A stretch of DNA of 54,366 bases, taken from a virus (Duplodnaviria; Caudoviricetes). Numbering within the stretch: the stretch's first letter is position 1; every line of letters begins with the position of its first letter. The DNA is taken from IMG/VR virus record IMGVR_UViG_3300009509_000539, positions 1 through 54,366 of that record; one strand, 5' to 3'. The notes beneath the pieces are model-generated. The model worked only from the letters and a program-made list of their open reading frames with translations. It searched no databases and was not told the origin of the DNA. Below, piece after piece: positions 18,682 through 28,736 of the stretch. The translations under genes and the position numbers were made by a program.

Positions 18682-19119
18682 ATGGGAAAAAAGGCTAATC
18701 GATCAAACGGATACCAACACTTATTTACAGAACAACCATACTCAAATGAGATGATGGCGGAGTTCTCGGAGGCACAGGGCTTGGTAGAGAATTACAAACC
18801 AGAGGATAGGGAAAGTTTATTAGATCTAAGAATTGATCTCAGGAAGGAGTTCTGGAGGTTAGCTAGGGAGAATCTAACCGCGCGCCAGTTTCAGGTCATT
18901 GAGCTGATGGCAATGGGGTACACTCAGATCGAAATTGCAAAGCAGCTAAATGTCAACCAGAGTTCCATTACGAAGTCGCTGAATGGCAATTGCGATTATC
19001 GGAATGGAAAAAAGATATACGGGGGTGCAAAAAAGAAACTAAAGAGGCTTGCGGACAAGGATCCCAGGATTCAATCAATAATCGGGCAGATAGCTGAGAT
19101 ACATTCTCAATACGAGTGA
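18682..19119 (+). CDS. sigma-70 region 4 / LuxR-type HTH protein
   Basis: LTARQFQVIELMAMGYTQIEIAKQLNVNQSSITKSL. Confidence 0.75.
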   Translation: MGKKANRSNGYQHLFTEQPYSNEMMAEFSEAQGLVENYKPEDRESLLDLRIDLRKEFWRLARENLTARQFQVIELMAMGYTQIEIAKQLNVNQSSITKSLNGNCDYRNGKKIYGGAKKKLKRLADKDPRIQSIIGQIAEIHSQYE

Positions 19120-19147
19120 AACTCGGCATCTGCGAGGACCGAGCAGG

Positions 19148-19180
19148 AGCCCACGCTTTGCCGTGGGCTTTTGTGTTTTT
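19148..19180 (+). terminator. rho-independent terminator closing the replication cluster
   Basis: AGCCCACG-ctttgc-CGTGGGCT followed by TTTGTGTTTTT. Confidence 0.85.
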
Positions 19181-19189
19181 GCTTCTATC

Positions 19190-19210
19190 ACTACTTTAGC
19201 ATGGTTTTAG
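19190..19210 (+). promoter_or_regulatory. candidate late promoter (ACTA-cttta-GCAT..TAG)
   Basis: Motif variant directly after the terminator and before the first head-region gene. Confidence 0.4.
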
Positions 19211-19247
19211 CGTAGTTACAAGCTTGCCATCTAATATGGGAGAACCA

Positions 19248-19841
19248 ATGAATGATAAGTTCACAGTTGACTTTGATCGCTTGGCTCAGACGGTACTTCC
19301 CAAGCGTACCCACCGCCTTGCTGATGTTGAACATCGCCTCGAAAGAGTAGCTTATGATCTAGTCCGATTTCGGGACGACCAAGATATTGACCAGCTCTGG
19401 AAGATTCACGACACCCCAGAGGGTCCTGTAATCGTGGCCTTGTATGATGAAGATGGCAACCCCGTCCGGGAAAAGAAATCGGATTGGGAAGTTATTCCGG
19501 ACAAGAAGGCGATGCACATCTACTACAAAGGCGAGCCGCTAGTCTCTCTTTCTTCAGAACAACTTGGAATTCCAGAGAGTGAATTCAATATCGCACGCCG
19601 CTGGTTGCCCAGGAAGTTGGCAAGTGATGAAAATTTGCAGAGATTATTGCTAGAGAAGGTAGCTTCAACTAACCGCAAGCTTATTGCTCAGCGCTTTCCA
19701 GAACTCACCAAGGTAGCGGATGTTGGTATTGACGAGGATTGGGAAGACGAGTCGGATGAAACCGAAACTGAACGCGCCCAGGAATATCTGGATATCGGTG
19801 CAGAACTACCACCTGATATACTTGAGATGATTGAAGGATAA
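19248..19841 (+). CDS. hypothetical head-region protein
   Basis: GGGAG RBS before ATG 19248; ELTKVA precedes an acidic tail. Confidence 0.7.
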   Translation: MNDKFTVDFDRLAQTVLPKRTHRLADVEHRLERVAYDLVRFRDDQDIDQLWKIHDTPEGPVIVALYDEDGNPVREKKSDWEVIPDKKAMHIYYKGEPLVSLSSEQLGIPESEFNIARRWLPRKLASDENLQRLLLEKVASTNRKLIAQRFPELTKVADVGIDEDWEDESDETETERAQEYLDIGAELPPDILEMIEG

Positions 19842-19851
19842 GAGGGAACAC

Positions 19852-21378
19852 ATGGACCTAAACGAAATCACTTCTTTGATAACACAAACCGCCAAGGCAA
19901 TTAATGCTAATGAGAAGGTTGCACTTCCCATTATAGCAGCTAAAGCACGTCGGGAAGCTCAGGCCCATCCCACCGACATCCCTTTGGTTAATGCCTCTCA
20001 TGTTCTTACCAAAATGGCGTCGGACAAAACTTTCATTAGCAAGGATGAGCTGCGCGGAATCATTGAGAGATTTAGCGCTAGCCATTCCAAACTTTCCCAG
20101 GTTTTTTCCGAGGAATTAGATAAGCAACCAGAGCGTAAGCCCCAGACCTTCGTTAGGGACTCGAACGAGGGCGCAAGCGTCGATAGAGATTATGCAAGAT
20201 TCGCAGATCCTTTACTGTCGAATGCTTTGGCTGGGGCCTTTGCTCCCGAGCCAACTGAGAAATTGTATTCTCAGCAAGACGCTCAGCGGGCCAAGCGCGC
20301 CGCCCACGCACAACTGGTGGGCATCGGCGTGCAGCCTAAGGACATCAAAACATTTGCCGGTCGCAAAGATATCATCATCTGTCAGGCCGTCCATGAAACT
20401 CCATTAGGACAAGCCAATATTCTCATCCCAGTTGAGCTGAAAGAAGGCAAAGCTGTTCTCCCAACAATGTTTTTCAGCACTGCGGGATTCGAGGACCTGA
20501 AGAAGGGACCATACGTAGCTCAGATGAAAATAGTGGCCGGCAAAGCTTTCCGCGTTGATGGTACTAAATTGCTCGATGTCCTCGAACAGGTCAAGAAGGG
20601 TAGCGATACTATCGCTAGTGAAGTCGAAATGGCCGCCATCAAGGTTGCTTCCGAAGAAGGTACACCAGCTATACACTCTGATAGTATCCTGTATGCTGAA
20701 CTGGAAAATCCAAAGAAAGACGTTGAGATGCTCCAGATTGAGGCTACAGAAGAGAGTAAGTTTGCTGAAACTCTGGGTAAGCCAGATGGCGTAGCTCGTT
20801 TCGTACATGGCGATCGTATGGTGGAAGCTGGACGCTCTATGCTGGTTCGTAAGTTTGCCGACATGGGATATAAAAATGTTCAGGTGAGGGTTGGTGATGT
20901 AGAAGAAGATAAGATTTTCTATTCTGTTGCTATTGGAACAGGCACTGGCCTAAGCATCCCGGTTGAGGTCGTTGGTAAGATGGTTGCTCCTCCAAAGGTT
21001 GTGTTCGCCGAGGGTATGGTTACAGCATTCAGTAAAGAGGCCATTTCTGAGGTTGTCAAGGCGGGAAGTGGCGGCAATAAGCGTGCATTAGCCACTGCTT
21101 CTCCATGCTATGACATGAAGCCAACTGAGCTTTTGGATGTGGTAAAGGAGTCAATCGCTGAGGGTAATTACACCCGGGCTGAAGACGCTATCAACGTTCT
21201 TGGTGAGGTAGATCCTCACGCGCAGCGTGTTGCGATTGCGCACATGATGATGAATATCTATGAGCCTGGCGCGGAGCCGAAGAAGGAAATTGCTGAGATG
21301 CAGCGTGTTGCAAACCAGCCAGTAACTGATACTCCACAGTTCATGACTCATAAGATATTCTTCCCTGAAGGAGCATAA
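19852..21378 (+). CDS. hypothetical head-region protein with two similar alpha/beta domains
   Basis: About 508 aa; ILIPVELKEGKAVLP and LSIPVEVVGKMVAPP look like repeated domains. Confidence 0.7.
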   Translation: MDLNEITSLITQTAKAINANEKVALPIIAAKARREAQAHPTDIPLVNASHVLTKMASDKTFISKDELRGIIERFSASHSKLSQVFSEELDKQPERKPQTFVRDSNEGASVDRDYARFADPLLSNALAGAFAPEPTEKLYSQQDAQRAKRAAHAQLVGIGVQPKDIKTFAGRKDIIICQAVHETPLGQANILIPVELKEGKAVLPTMFFSTAGFEDLKKGPYVAQMKIVAGKAFRVDGTKLLDVLEQVKKGSDTIASEVEMAAIKVASEEGTPAIHSDSILYAELENPKKDVEMLQIEATEESKFAETLGKPDGVARFVHGDRMVEAGRSMLVRKFADMGYKNVQVRVGDVEEDKIFYSVAIGTGTGLSIPVEVVGKMVAPPKVVFAEGMVTAFSKEAISEVVKAGSGGNKRALATASPCYDMKPTELLDVVKESIAEGNYTRAEDAINVLGEVDPHAQRVAIAHMMMNIYEPGAEPKKEIAEMQRVANQPVTDTPQFMTHKIFFPEGA

Positions 21379-24300
21379 TGGCAATTTCAACGGAACTTAG
21401 GGTTCTAGCTCGTAAGCTAGAGAAAAATAGTGACGACCTATTGATTAACGCTTCACATAAGGGCCCGGAGACTTTCGAAAAAGTGGCGACCGCTGTAGCT
21501 GCTGCATCTACTCTTCTTGAGAGTGTTGCTGATGATATGGAAGCTAAAGCTGAATTTAGAATGACCGAACAGCAATTCGATGAGATGGTCGAAACTATCA
21601 AAGCTTTCAATGAGAGCGGCGATGATCTTCTCAAGAAGCAAGCCTCGGTTATGGAAGAGCTACTCCTTTCCATTGCAGCGCCAAAGAACGCAGCACAACA
21701 GGTTCGCAAGGTCACCGAGGATGAAGTCAATCGACTACGCGAAGAGCGTAGGCGTGCTCGTGGCGAAGAAGCCTACATCAAACCCAGACAGGAACATCAC
21801 GACATGTGGAACTCTGCTGCCCAGGCTAAGGCCGTAGAGCAACAGGTGAAGCGTTATGTTCCGCTGGAAGCACCACTTCAGACACGGTATCCACCAGACC
21901 GTCCCGGTGGACAGATGACTCGTATCACTGATCATGTGTACCAGGATATCGTTACCGGCATTATCTATGATTACAAAGCTGGCTATACCACTCAGAAAGG
22001 AAACAAGATTCCTGGAGGATCTGTAGAAAACCAGACACGTCAGCTTGGTGATTATAGGCATCAGAGTAGCGCATTGTTTGAGACTCGTGATTCTCTCATG
22101 GGCCGCTATGCTGCTGACGGAGATCTTCGTCACTTGAAGAAGTACGCTCTGAATAGCGAGATTGCAGAAGCAATTCGGGCGGTGCGCGATGAGGCACCGG
22201 AACTGGTGAATGATGCTATCGATCACGCTTTTGATGATGGCCTCTCTACAAGCGAAGTAGCCAATATCCTGAGCGATGAGATTAAGGCTACCGGCAGTCT
22301 GAAAGATTGCCTTGCCGCAGCCGGCTGGGACGACATCTCCCCAAAAGTACCAACCGATCCTAAGACTAACCGTGAGAGTCTAGTTGCATTGGCTCTGAAT
22401 GCCATCCAGGAACTAGCTCCCCATCTGCTAACAGCTGCTGTTGATAAAGCTCAAAAAGAACTGACTGACCAGCAAATTAAGTCAATTCTAGCTAATGGGT
22501 TCAGTGGTAAGTTTGAAGTCTCTTCGTTCAGTGAGGAGAATGAAATCAAAGTAGCAGAATCATTGCTGCCACATCTGAGAGATCTGGGCTGGAATGATCT
22601 AGCAGATCATCACCTACAAGTGATGGCCAAACTTGGGATCGGAATAGATAAAATACAGAAATTCTCTGGTAAAAAAAAGTCCTCTCATCTACATAAGTTG
22701 AGTAGATTACTCAGAGATGCAGCTCCAGCACGTGCGGTGGAAGTCCCTTTATATGAGACTGAGGAAGAACCGCCTCCTTCGATTTTTTTTCAGGGACAGC
22801 CTGCTGAAATTGAGGAAGCTCCTCCAACTATACGCCAGGTCCCGCAAGGAATGATAGAGGAGCCTGCTCCGGGTTTGTTCTCTGAGTTATTTGGAGAACC
22901 ACCAGTACAAGGCCCCGTTACTCCAATGGATGATCTTGCTGAATGGAATAAGGTCTACGAAGGAGCGAAGCAGGTTGTCTCACAAAATGCTGGCGTTAAA
23001 GAGCAGATGATTGCACTGATTCAGTCTGGCCAAAGAGATGAGGCCGAGAATCAACTTAAACGGCTTATCAACGAAGAGATGAATAGACATGGCTTCGTTG
23101 GCGCTTATGAGACAGATGAAAGCGGAAAAGAATACCTCCTTGTAGCGCGGGATTTAGGTGCTCGACCAACGGCTCCGGAGATGCCCGAGGAAAAAGTCAC
23201 ACCTGGCGCAGCCACAAACCAAGGTAAGGAACTTGGTTGGGAAGAATACCAAGCCAAGAATAAAGTAGTGGTTAGTGATGAGAAAGCCTCCGATATGGAG
23301 AAGAGAATATTCCAGCTTCACAATTCAGTAAAGGGAGGGTTCGATAAGATTTATGTTCAGTATACCTTCCCAGGCTCTGATATCCCTCTATCTATCGAAA
23401 GACTACCCGCGTCCATTAAAAGTAAACTGACACCTATGTACATGCGGGGAGAAACCACTACGGCTATGCTTGATTCAATGAAAGATTGGCTATCAGAGTA
23501 TGTGGAGCCTAAGGCTGATGCACTAACAGATGATAAAATAGTTGAACTTCGTCGCAAATCCGAAGAATTGATGGAGGAAGCTGCTGCTCTTGAGACAAAA
23601 GGGGAAGCAGAAAAAGCCGCCAAGAAGATGGACCAAGCTGCAAGAGAAGAAGCTAAATCTAACAATAGAGAGGTTGTCAGAGATGAAGTAATTTTAGAGC
23701 AAATAGAAAAGCTCATGCCTTCTATTGATGATTTGACAAAGGCTAGAAAGTCTTTGCGTGGTGCTGAGAATAAAGATCAGGCGAAGAGACTGAGGCTAAA
23801 GGCTATTTCTAATGCACTCCAGGCTGCCGCTAATATGGTCCTAGATAGCGAAGGACTTCCACCAATGTTCCCGGGCGGTGAGATTTTAACCAAGCAAGAT
23901 TTTACCAAACAGATGGAAGAACTTGGCAAATCTGAAGGAGCTATTGCTCGTAGCAAGGAAGAGAAACGACAAATGGCCAGAACCAAACGAAAGAGTATTT
24001 TGGTTCATCCAATTCCCGAAAATGCTGAGGGCCAAAGACTTTCTACTATTTGGGAGGAACCCGAAAGGTATATTGAGGGTCTTCGTCAGGCGAAGGCTAA
24101 GTTCCCAATGAAAGGACGGTACATTTCTAGAGAAGAAGATACAAAGAAAAAGTGGGATAAATTCATGGAAGAGCAAGGGTTAGTCCCACCTAGTTACAAG
24201 CTGTTTGGTTCGACGGGTAGTACATTAGCTATGCTCAGGGGTTTTATCAATGATTTGGATAAAGTTGCATTCCCAGATTTTGGTGGCCTCAAGAATCTGT

Positions 24301-24893
24301 TTGATAGTCCTGATGAATATGCACAGCATTATCAGGAAGGCCAAGAGAAGTTTGGAAAAGAATATAATCGAGAAAAACCACCCTTGGAATTCTATAAAAT
24401 CCATGGAGGCGCACCAAATCTGAGCGGTATTCCGATGACAGTCCAGAAATATGTTAAGGTATTATACGAGAAGAAGACGAAGCTCGAAGATGCTGTGGAA
24501 GAGATGCAACAGCATGGTGTTCCGCCGGTTATGGTCAAGAAAGTTTGGGAGAGTTTACAAGAGAGTGGTCAGAAAGTAAGAGGAATGATTCTAGCTAGAT
24601 TGGCTAGAGGTGATGATCCTCGCATAGTCATGGCTAGAGTGGATGAGTATTATCCAGATGCTCATATCCCAGAAGGTGTTATTGAGTTTATGTACAACTT
24701 CATGATGAAGAAGAGGCTACATAATGAAAAGGTTAACGAGCGGTGGAATAAGTGGTCTCAAAGTCTAGGTTTCTATCCACCCCACAAGATTTCGATAGGG
24801 AAAGTTACAGCTCACGATTTGTTGAGGCCATTCTGGGGCCGCCGCGGTGACCCAGATGTTGTTAGTGGCACGCCGATGGCTGAAATGAGCTGA
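21378..24893 (+). CDS. large hypothetical protein, probable internal head protein
   Basis: 1171 aa; KKQA and KKYA motifs; Pro/Glu linker; A8 run at 22671. Confidence 0.7.
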   Translation: MAISTELRVLARKLEKNSDDLLINASHKGPETFEKVATAVAAASTLLESVADDMEAKAEFRMTEQQFDEMVETIKAFNESGDDLLKKQASVMEELLLSIAAPKNAAQQVRKVTEDEVNRLREERRRARGEEAYIKPRQEHHDMWNSAAQAKAVEQQVKRYVPLEAPLQTRYPPDRPGGQMTRITDHVYQDIVTGIIYDYKAGYTTQKGNKIPGGSVENQTRQLGDYRHQSSALFETRDSLMGRYAADGDLRHLKKYALNSEIAEAIRAVRDEAPELVNDAIDHAFDDGLSTSEVANILSDEIKATGSLKDCLAAAGWDDISPKVPTDPKTNRESLVALALNAIQELAPHLLTAAVDKAQKELTDQQIKSILANGFSGKFEVSSFSEENEIKVAESLLPHLRDLGWNDLADHHLQVMAKLGIGIDKIQKFSGKKKSSHLHKLSRLLRDAAPARAVEVPLYETEEEPPPSIFFQGQPAEIEEAPPTIRQVPQGMIEEPAPGLFSELFGEPPVQGPVTPMDDLAEWNKVYEGAKQVVSQNAGVKEQMIALIQSGQRDEAENQLKRLINEEMNRHGFVGAYETDESGKEYLLVARDLGARPTAPEMPEEKVTPGAATNQGKELGWEEYQAKNKVVVSDEKASDMEKRIFQLHNSVKGGFDKIYVQYTFPGSDIPLSIERLPASIKSKLTPMYMRGETTTAMLDSMKDWLSEYVEPKADALTDDKIVELRRKSEELMEEAAALETKGEAEKAAKKMDQAAREEAKSNNREVVRDEVILEQIEKLMPSIDDLTKARKSLRGAENKDQAKRLRLKAISNALQAAANMVLDSEGLPPMFPGGEILTKQDFTKQMEELGKSEGAIARSKEEKRQMARTKRKSILVHPIPENAEGQRLSTIWEEPERYIEGLRQAKAKFPMKGRYISREEDTKKKWDKFMEEQGLVPPSYKLFGSTGSTLAMLRGFINDLDKVAFPDFGGLKNLFDSPDEYAQHYQEGQEKFGKEYNREKPPLEFYKIHGGAPNLSGIPMTVQKYVKVLYEKKTKLEDAVEEMQQHGVPPVMVKKVWESLQESGQKVRGMILARLARGDDPRIVMARVDEYYPDAHIPEGVIEFMYNFMMKKRLHNEKVNERWNKWSQSLGFYPPHKISIGKVTAHDLLRPFWGRRGDPDVVSGTPMAEMS

Positions 24894-24907
24894 GAGGAAG
24901 GCATGAA

Positions 24908-25684
24908 ATGGTTGATTTCACAAAGATCATTGATCACCCCGAGAAAACGACCATAATTTCGAAGCTGGTTAGCGGAGAGAGCCCTAAAGTTGTATCTAAA
25001 TATCTCAAAGATAAATATCCGAAACCTGATGAAGGTCATCTAAGACTCCCAGCAACTCTCTTGCAAGAATTCCATGATACTTACAGCGACCATCACGGAT
25101 ATGTGAAGAAGATTGTCTCGCGAAACGCAGAGAATAAACTGGATAAGAAAATTCACGAGTCTTTGCTTGATACCCGTGCTTGGCGTGAGCGGGTCATTGA
25201 GGGCGTCAATAAAGAGATCAACTATCTAGAAAAACTCGACGCGGTGCTGACTATTCTGGAGACTCGGGCAGAGCAGATATTTGATATGATTCAAAGCGAC
25301 CCTGAGAATACCCGTACGGATTATGTCTTCACTAAGTATATGGAATTGTTGATGCTCGCTATTGAGAAGGGCGATAAAATCCGTAATGATCGTCCGGATG
25401 TGCGTGTGGAGCACACATATACAGTACAGATGGTGGAACAACAATCGGTAGCATTCCAGGAGGCAATCCGCAGGGTACTAGAGCGGTTGGGACCAGAGTA
25501 CACTTCAATCTTTATGGAGTTATTGGGCGAAGAGATGAAGAAAATGACCGCGAAGAGCATAGATACAGCGCCGACTCCGAGAGAATTGGAGCGGGAGAAA
25601 GAAGCTATTGATAAATTAGATGTCCAGGTTCGTGAATTTGATGAGAAACTATTAGAGGAGGCAACAAATGGCGCTGCTGAATAA
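24908..25684 (+). CDS. hypothetical protein, possible terminase small subunit
   Basis: HTH-like N-terminus followed by helical/coiled-coil region, in the packaging cluster; function is inference only. Confidence 0.35.
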   Translation: MVDFTKIIDHPEKTTIISKLVSGESPKVVSKYLKDKYPKPDEGHLRLPATLLQEFHDTYSDHHGYVKKIVSRNAENKLDKKIHESLLDTRAWRERVIEGVNKEINYLEKLDAVLTILETRAEQIFDMIQSDPENTRTDYVFTKYMELLMLAIEKGDKIRNDRPDVRVEHTYTVQMVEQQSVAFQEAIRRVLERLGPEYTSIFMELLGEEMKKMTAKSIDTAPTPRELEREKEAIDKLDVQVREFDEKLLEEATNGAAE

Positions 25685-27659
25685 ACACTTCAAACGTCAA
25701 TTCGACTCCGCTAATTGCTCACTTTTACCGGAGGGCGTTAAGAATGACGTGCTTTCAGATTTCGAAATGATGTCGCATCTCGGCATAGATAATGATGAAG
25801 ATCAAAATCGTTTTTTCTTGGTCAGAAATCACGTTCCCGAAGTACTTCACTTGATTTTCAACAGTAAATTGAATGACAAAACGACACGTGCAGTAACGGC
25901 TGAAGTCTTCAGAAATAGAGAAAAAGTACCTATTGGTACTCTTTTAGAGCTGATAGAAGCCATTGATCTCGCATTAAAGAAGATGGTACCACCAAATCTC
26001 AGACCCAAGATCGCTTATCCTCAGCCAGGAACACGACAGCAATTGCCCCAATATGACATTGGGCGCTGGGTAGATGCTACCCGTAAGATATACAATATGA
26101 TGGTTAAGGGTTATCCAGAAGACAAGGCTACGGAGTCTGTTATTGGTAATTGGCAACGAAGGGAAAAGATGGATTATGAACAATGGCTAAGATTCTATAG
26201 AGAAGGGACGCCTGACAAGTATCCGAAATTAGCATCTGATATTGATTTTTTGCTAGGTGGTTTTCCACTTGGTGCTCTGCGGGGCAGAATTCCAAACCCC
26301 ACCCGTAACGGGCAAGGACACGCTACCAAAGTCTCTCCAGGTCTGCCTCAACACCTCCCTCAGACAGATGTGGATTACGTTCGTGATAAAATCGAGACTC
26401 AGCGTAAAAAGCTAGTCAGTCGTCTCAATGCTGCTGAGAAGATGCTAGCTAGCATGGATGGGCAGTTATTTGCAGGTGATGATCAAGAATTGATGCTCAA
26501 GATGCTTCAGGATCTGAAGCGTCGAATTCAAACGGCAAATAAGCGCACAGTAAAGTCCTCTTTGTTTGAGGACCATATCTACCGCACAGCTAATCAGCTC
26601 AGGTCCCAAGGTAAAGATAAAGCTGCTGGCTTTTTCTACAAGCTCGCGCAGCTTCCCCCTCTCGGTGCGCCGCCTGGTGCACCTCCCACTGAAGACATTG
26701 GTGGGGGCGTGGGAGAAGCTGCTCCTCCACCTACCGGTGAAGGTGATAAAAAAGAAACTCATGATTTACTCAAAGAGTTCTTTGACAACCTCAAGCGTGG
26801 AGTAAGTGATAAGAACGACGAACCAGAAGAACGTCGTATGATCGAGAAAGAAAAGCAAGAACAAAAACGTACCCCACCGCCCGCACCGGCTCCGCCAGCA
26901 CCTCCAGAAGGTGAAACAGCCACAGCAGAAGCAGCTGAAGAATTTGTTCAAATCAAATTGGGCACAGGTGTATGGCAACCACTGGCTGCATTGGCTCAGA
27001 TAGCTCCAGTGCCACCAGCTCCAGCTGGGATTGCACCTCGACCTGCCCCAGCAGCCCGGCCAGCTCCGCCCCCACCTCCTAGAGAGCCGGTTGGAGATAT
27101 AACTCCCGAAACTCCCGAAGAACCCGAGGGCGGTGAGATGCCAAGCGATAACACAGATGATGTTATCGAAGCAGCTTTAAAGAATGTTAACATTGAAGAT
27201 GTTGTGAATCGATTGGAGATGTTGGTTTCAATTTACAATCAACGTGAAATTTCACGCCAGTTGGCCATTCTTGATATCATGATGGATCGAATTGGTTTGG
27301 CCTCTTTCTTCCCACAACTGGGAGAGGCTATGAGCAAGGCGTTGGAGGCTAATCAGTATATCGGAAATCGTCTTCAAGAAGTTCTTGGTAAAGTAAAGGG
27401 ATCTATGGAAGCGCCCGGAGCTTCTGAGTGGATTGAAGTGAGACAGCAAAACACTCCGGAAACCGAGGGAATTCGTCAGCGTCTCGAACAGAAGAACAAA
27501 GAAGAAGAAAAAAGGAGAGAATTAAGGAAGGAGCGCGAGCTTGCTAAGATGGAGGGTAGGGCTCCTGAAACTCCTACTCCTGCAACTCAAATCGGAGATG
27601 CCGCAGATCTACAGAGACCGTCCAGAGTGGAGAAAGCACCCAGGCTAGAAGTGAGGTAA
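25668..27659 (+). CDS. hypothetical Pro-rich head-region protein
   Basis: 663 aa; KIA, KLA and YKLA motifs at domain boundaries; Pro/Ala linkers. Confidence 0.7.
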   Translation: MALLNKHFKRQFDSANCSLLPEGVKNDVLSDFEMMSHLGIDNDEDQNRFFLVRNHVPEVLHLIFNSKLNDKTTRAVTAEVFRNREKVPIGTLLELIEAIDLALKKMVPPNLRPKIAYPQPGTRQQLPQYDIGRWVDATRKIYNMMVKGYPEDKATESVIGNWQRREKMDYEQWLRFYREGTPDKYPKLASDIDFLLGGFPLGALRGRIPNPTRNGQGHATKVSPGLPQHLPQTDVDYVRDKIETQRKKLVSRLNAAEKMLASMDGQLFAGDDQELMLKMLQDLKRRIQTANKRTVKSSLFEDHIYRTANQLRSQGKDKAAGFFYKLAQLPPLGAPPGAPPTEDIGGGVGEAAPPPTGEGDKKETHDLLKEFFDNLKRGVSDKNDEPEERRMIEKEKQEQKRTPPPAPAPPAPPEGETATAEAAEEFVQIKLGTGVWQPLAALAQIAPVPPAPAGIAPRPAPAARPAPPPPPREPVGDITPETPEEPEGGEMPSDNTDDVIEAALKNVNIEDVVNRLEMLVSIYNQREISRQLAILDIMMDRIGLASFFPQLGEAMSKALEANQYIGNRLQEVLGKVKGSMEAPGASEWIEVRQQNTPETEGIRQRLEQKNKEEEKRRELRKERELAKMEGRAPETPTPATQIGDAADLQRPSRVEKAPRLEVR

Positions 27660-27663
27660 ACCG

Positions 27664-28407
27664 ATGGCCGGGATCAAAGACATACTGCTTGAATTCAAGC
27701 GGCTAGCCAAAGATAACGGCATTTCAGAACCGTTCATCATTGGTGGTCTTCCCCGTGACAAAATTCTCAATCGATTTCATAAGATTGAAGACGTTGATGT
27801 CACGACCGGGGATGAGTCTGTCTTTAATTTGGCGGAATTAGCAGCTAATCGTTTTAAAGCTGTACCGATGAGATTTGCTGATGGACATTATCAGTTGTAT
27901 ATTGAAGGAATCAAGTTCGATTTTTCTTCGAACTACAACTCTCCTGATGTTGAGTACTTCCTCACTAAAGCGGGCGTACGTAAGCCTAGTGAGATGCAGA
28001 TGGAGCTTTTTAGTCGTGATTTCACGTGCAACACATTGATTATTCCTCTGACGTTAAGAAAGATAATCGACCCTACTGGGCTCGCACTTGATGATATCAA
28101 ACGCAAGATAATTCGAACACCTCTACCACCTCGAATCACATTACGTGATGATACTAAACGTGTAGTTCGCGCCATATACCTAGCTGCTAAGTTAGGTTTT
28201 GAAATAGAGAGAGACATTATTACGTGGAGTCGTTCGCATCATGATAAGATTCGCGAAGAGGTATCTGAGGGATTTTCTAAGCGGAAGCTTGCTAGTGCTG
28301 CGCGGGCTGATCCGGATAGGACAATGAAGTATCTTACTGCCATGGACCTTTGGGGAGTTGTGGGAATTCCAAAGATCCTTATGGGTCAAATAGGAGTTCA
28401 GAGATGA
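27664..28407 (+). CDS. tRNA nucleotidyltransferase / poly(A) polymerase family (class II CCA-adding-like)
   Basis: IIGGLPRD..DVDV catalytic motif, SRDFTCN, DPTG..DI, DDTKRVVRA..LAAKLGF. Confidence 0.88.
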   Translation: MAGIKDILLEFKRLAKDNGISEPFIIGGLPRDKILNRFHKIEDVDVTTGDESVFNLAELAANRFKAVPMRFADGHYQLYIEGIKFDFSSNYNSPDVEYFLTKAGVRKPSEMQMELFSRDFTCNTLIIPLTLRKIIDPTGLALDDIKRKIIRTPLPPRITLRDDTKRVVRAIYLAAKLGFEIERDIITWSRSHHDKIREEVSEGFSKRKLASAARADPDRTMKYLTAMDLWGVVGIPKILMGQIGVQR

Positions 28408-28736
28408 AACGAGAAGCATATTATCAAGGCACCGCCGATCCTGAAAAGAAGCGAAAGCCAGATAAACTACCAGCAAAGAGGATAGATTTGGATGTCCGTC
28501 ATCCTCATATTTATACTTGGTATCGTAATATGGACTATACTCCCGATCCCGATCCTAATGAGACGGGCATTGGTGGAGGAATGTACCATGGTCCGATGGA
28601 TCGGTTCAAGAGTGTTAAGGAGTTTTTAGATCGTAGGCGCAAGAAGATGAAGGAGCGCAGGCAAAAAGCAGAGAAGCAAGCTCAAAGGATGGGTGCTTTG
28701 GAGGCTCTGGCTAAGCAGTTGTTACAGGAAGAATAA
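28404..28736 (+). CDS. hypothetical protein
   Basis: AGGAG RBS; begins MKREAYYQG. Confidence 0.7.
   Translation: MKREAYYQGTADPEKKRKPDKLPAKRIDLDVRHPHIYTWYRNMDYTPDPDPNETGIGGGMYHGPMDRFKSVKEFLDRRRKKMKERRQKAEKQAQRMGALEALAKQLLQEE

Noticed and set aside
1-19119. Bacterial chromosome origin suggested by tig, dnaE, recA, dnaJ and dnaG
   Set aside because: The genes are divergent, lack their usual bacterial operon neighbours, are mixed with T4-like genes and are contiguous with terminase, portal and protease genes on one strand.
19120-19146. Short CTCGG/CCGAG hairpin as a tRNA or ncRNA
   Set aside because: Too short, with no cloverleaf or T-loop; no tRNA gene was recognised anywhere in the window.
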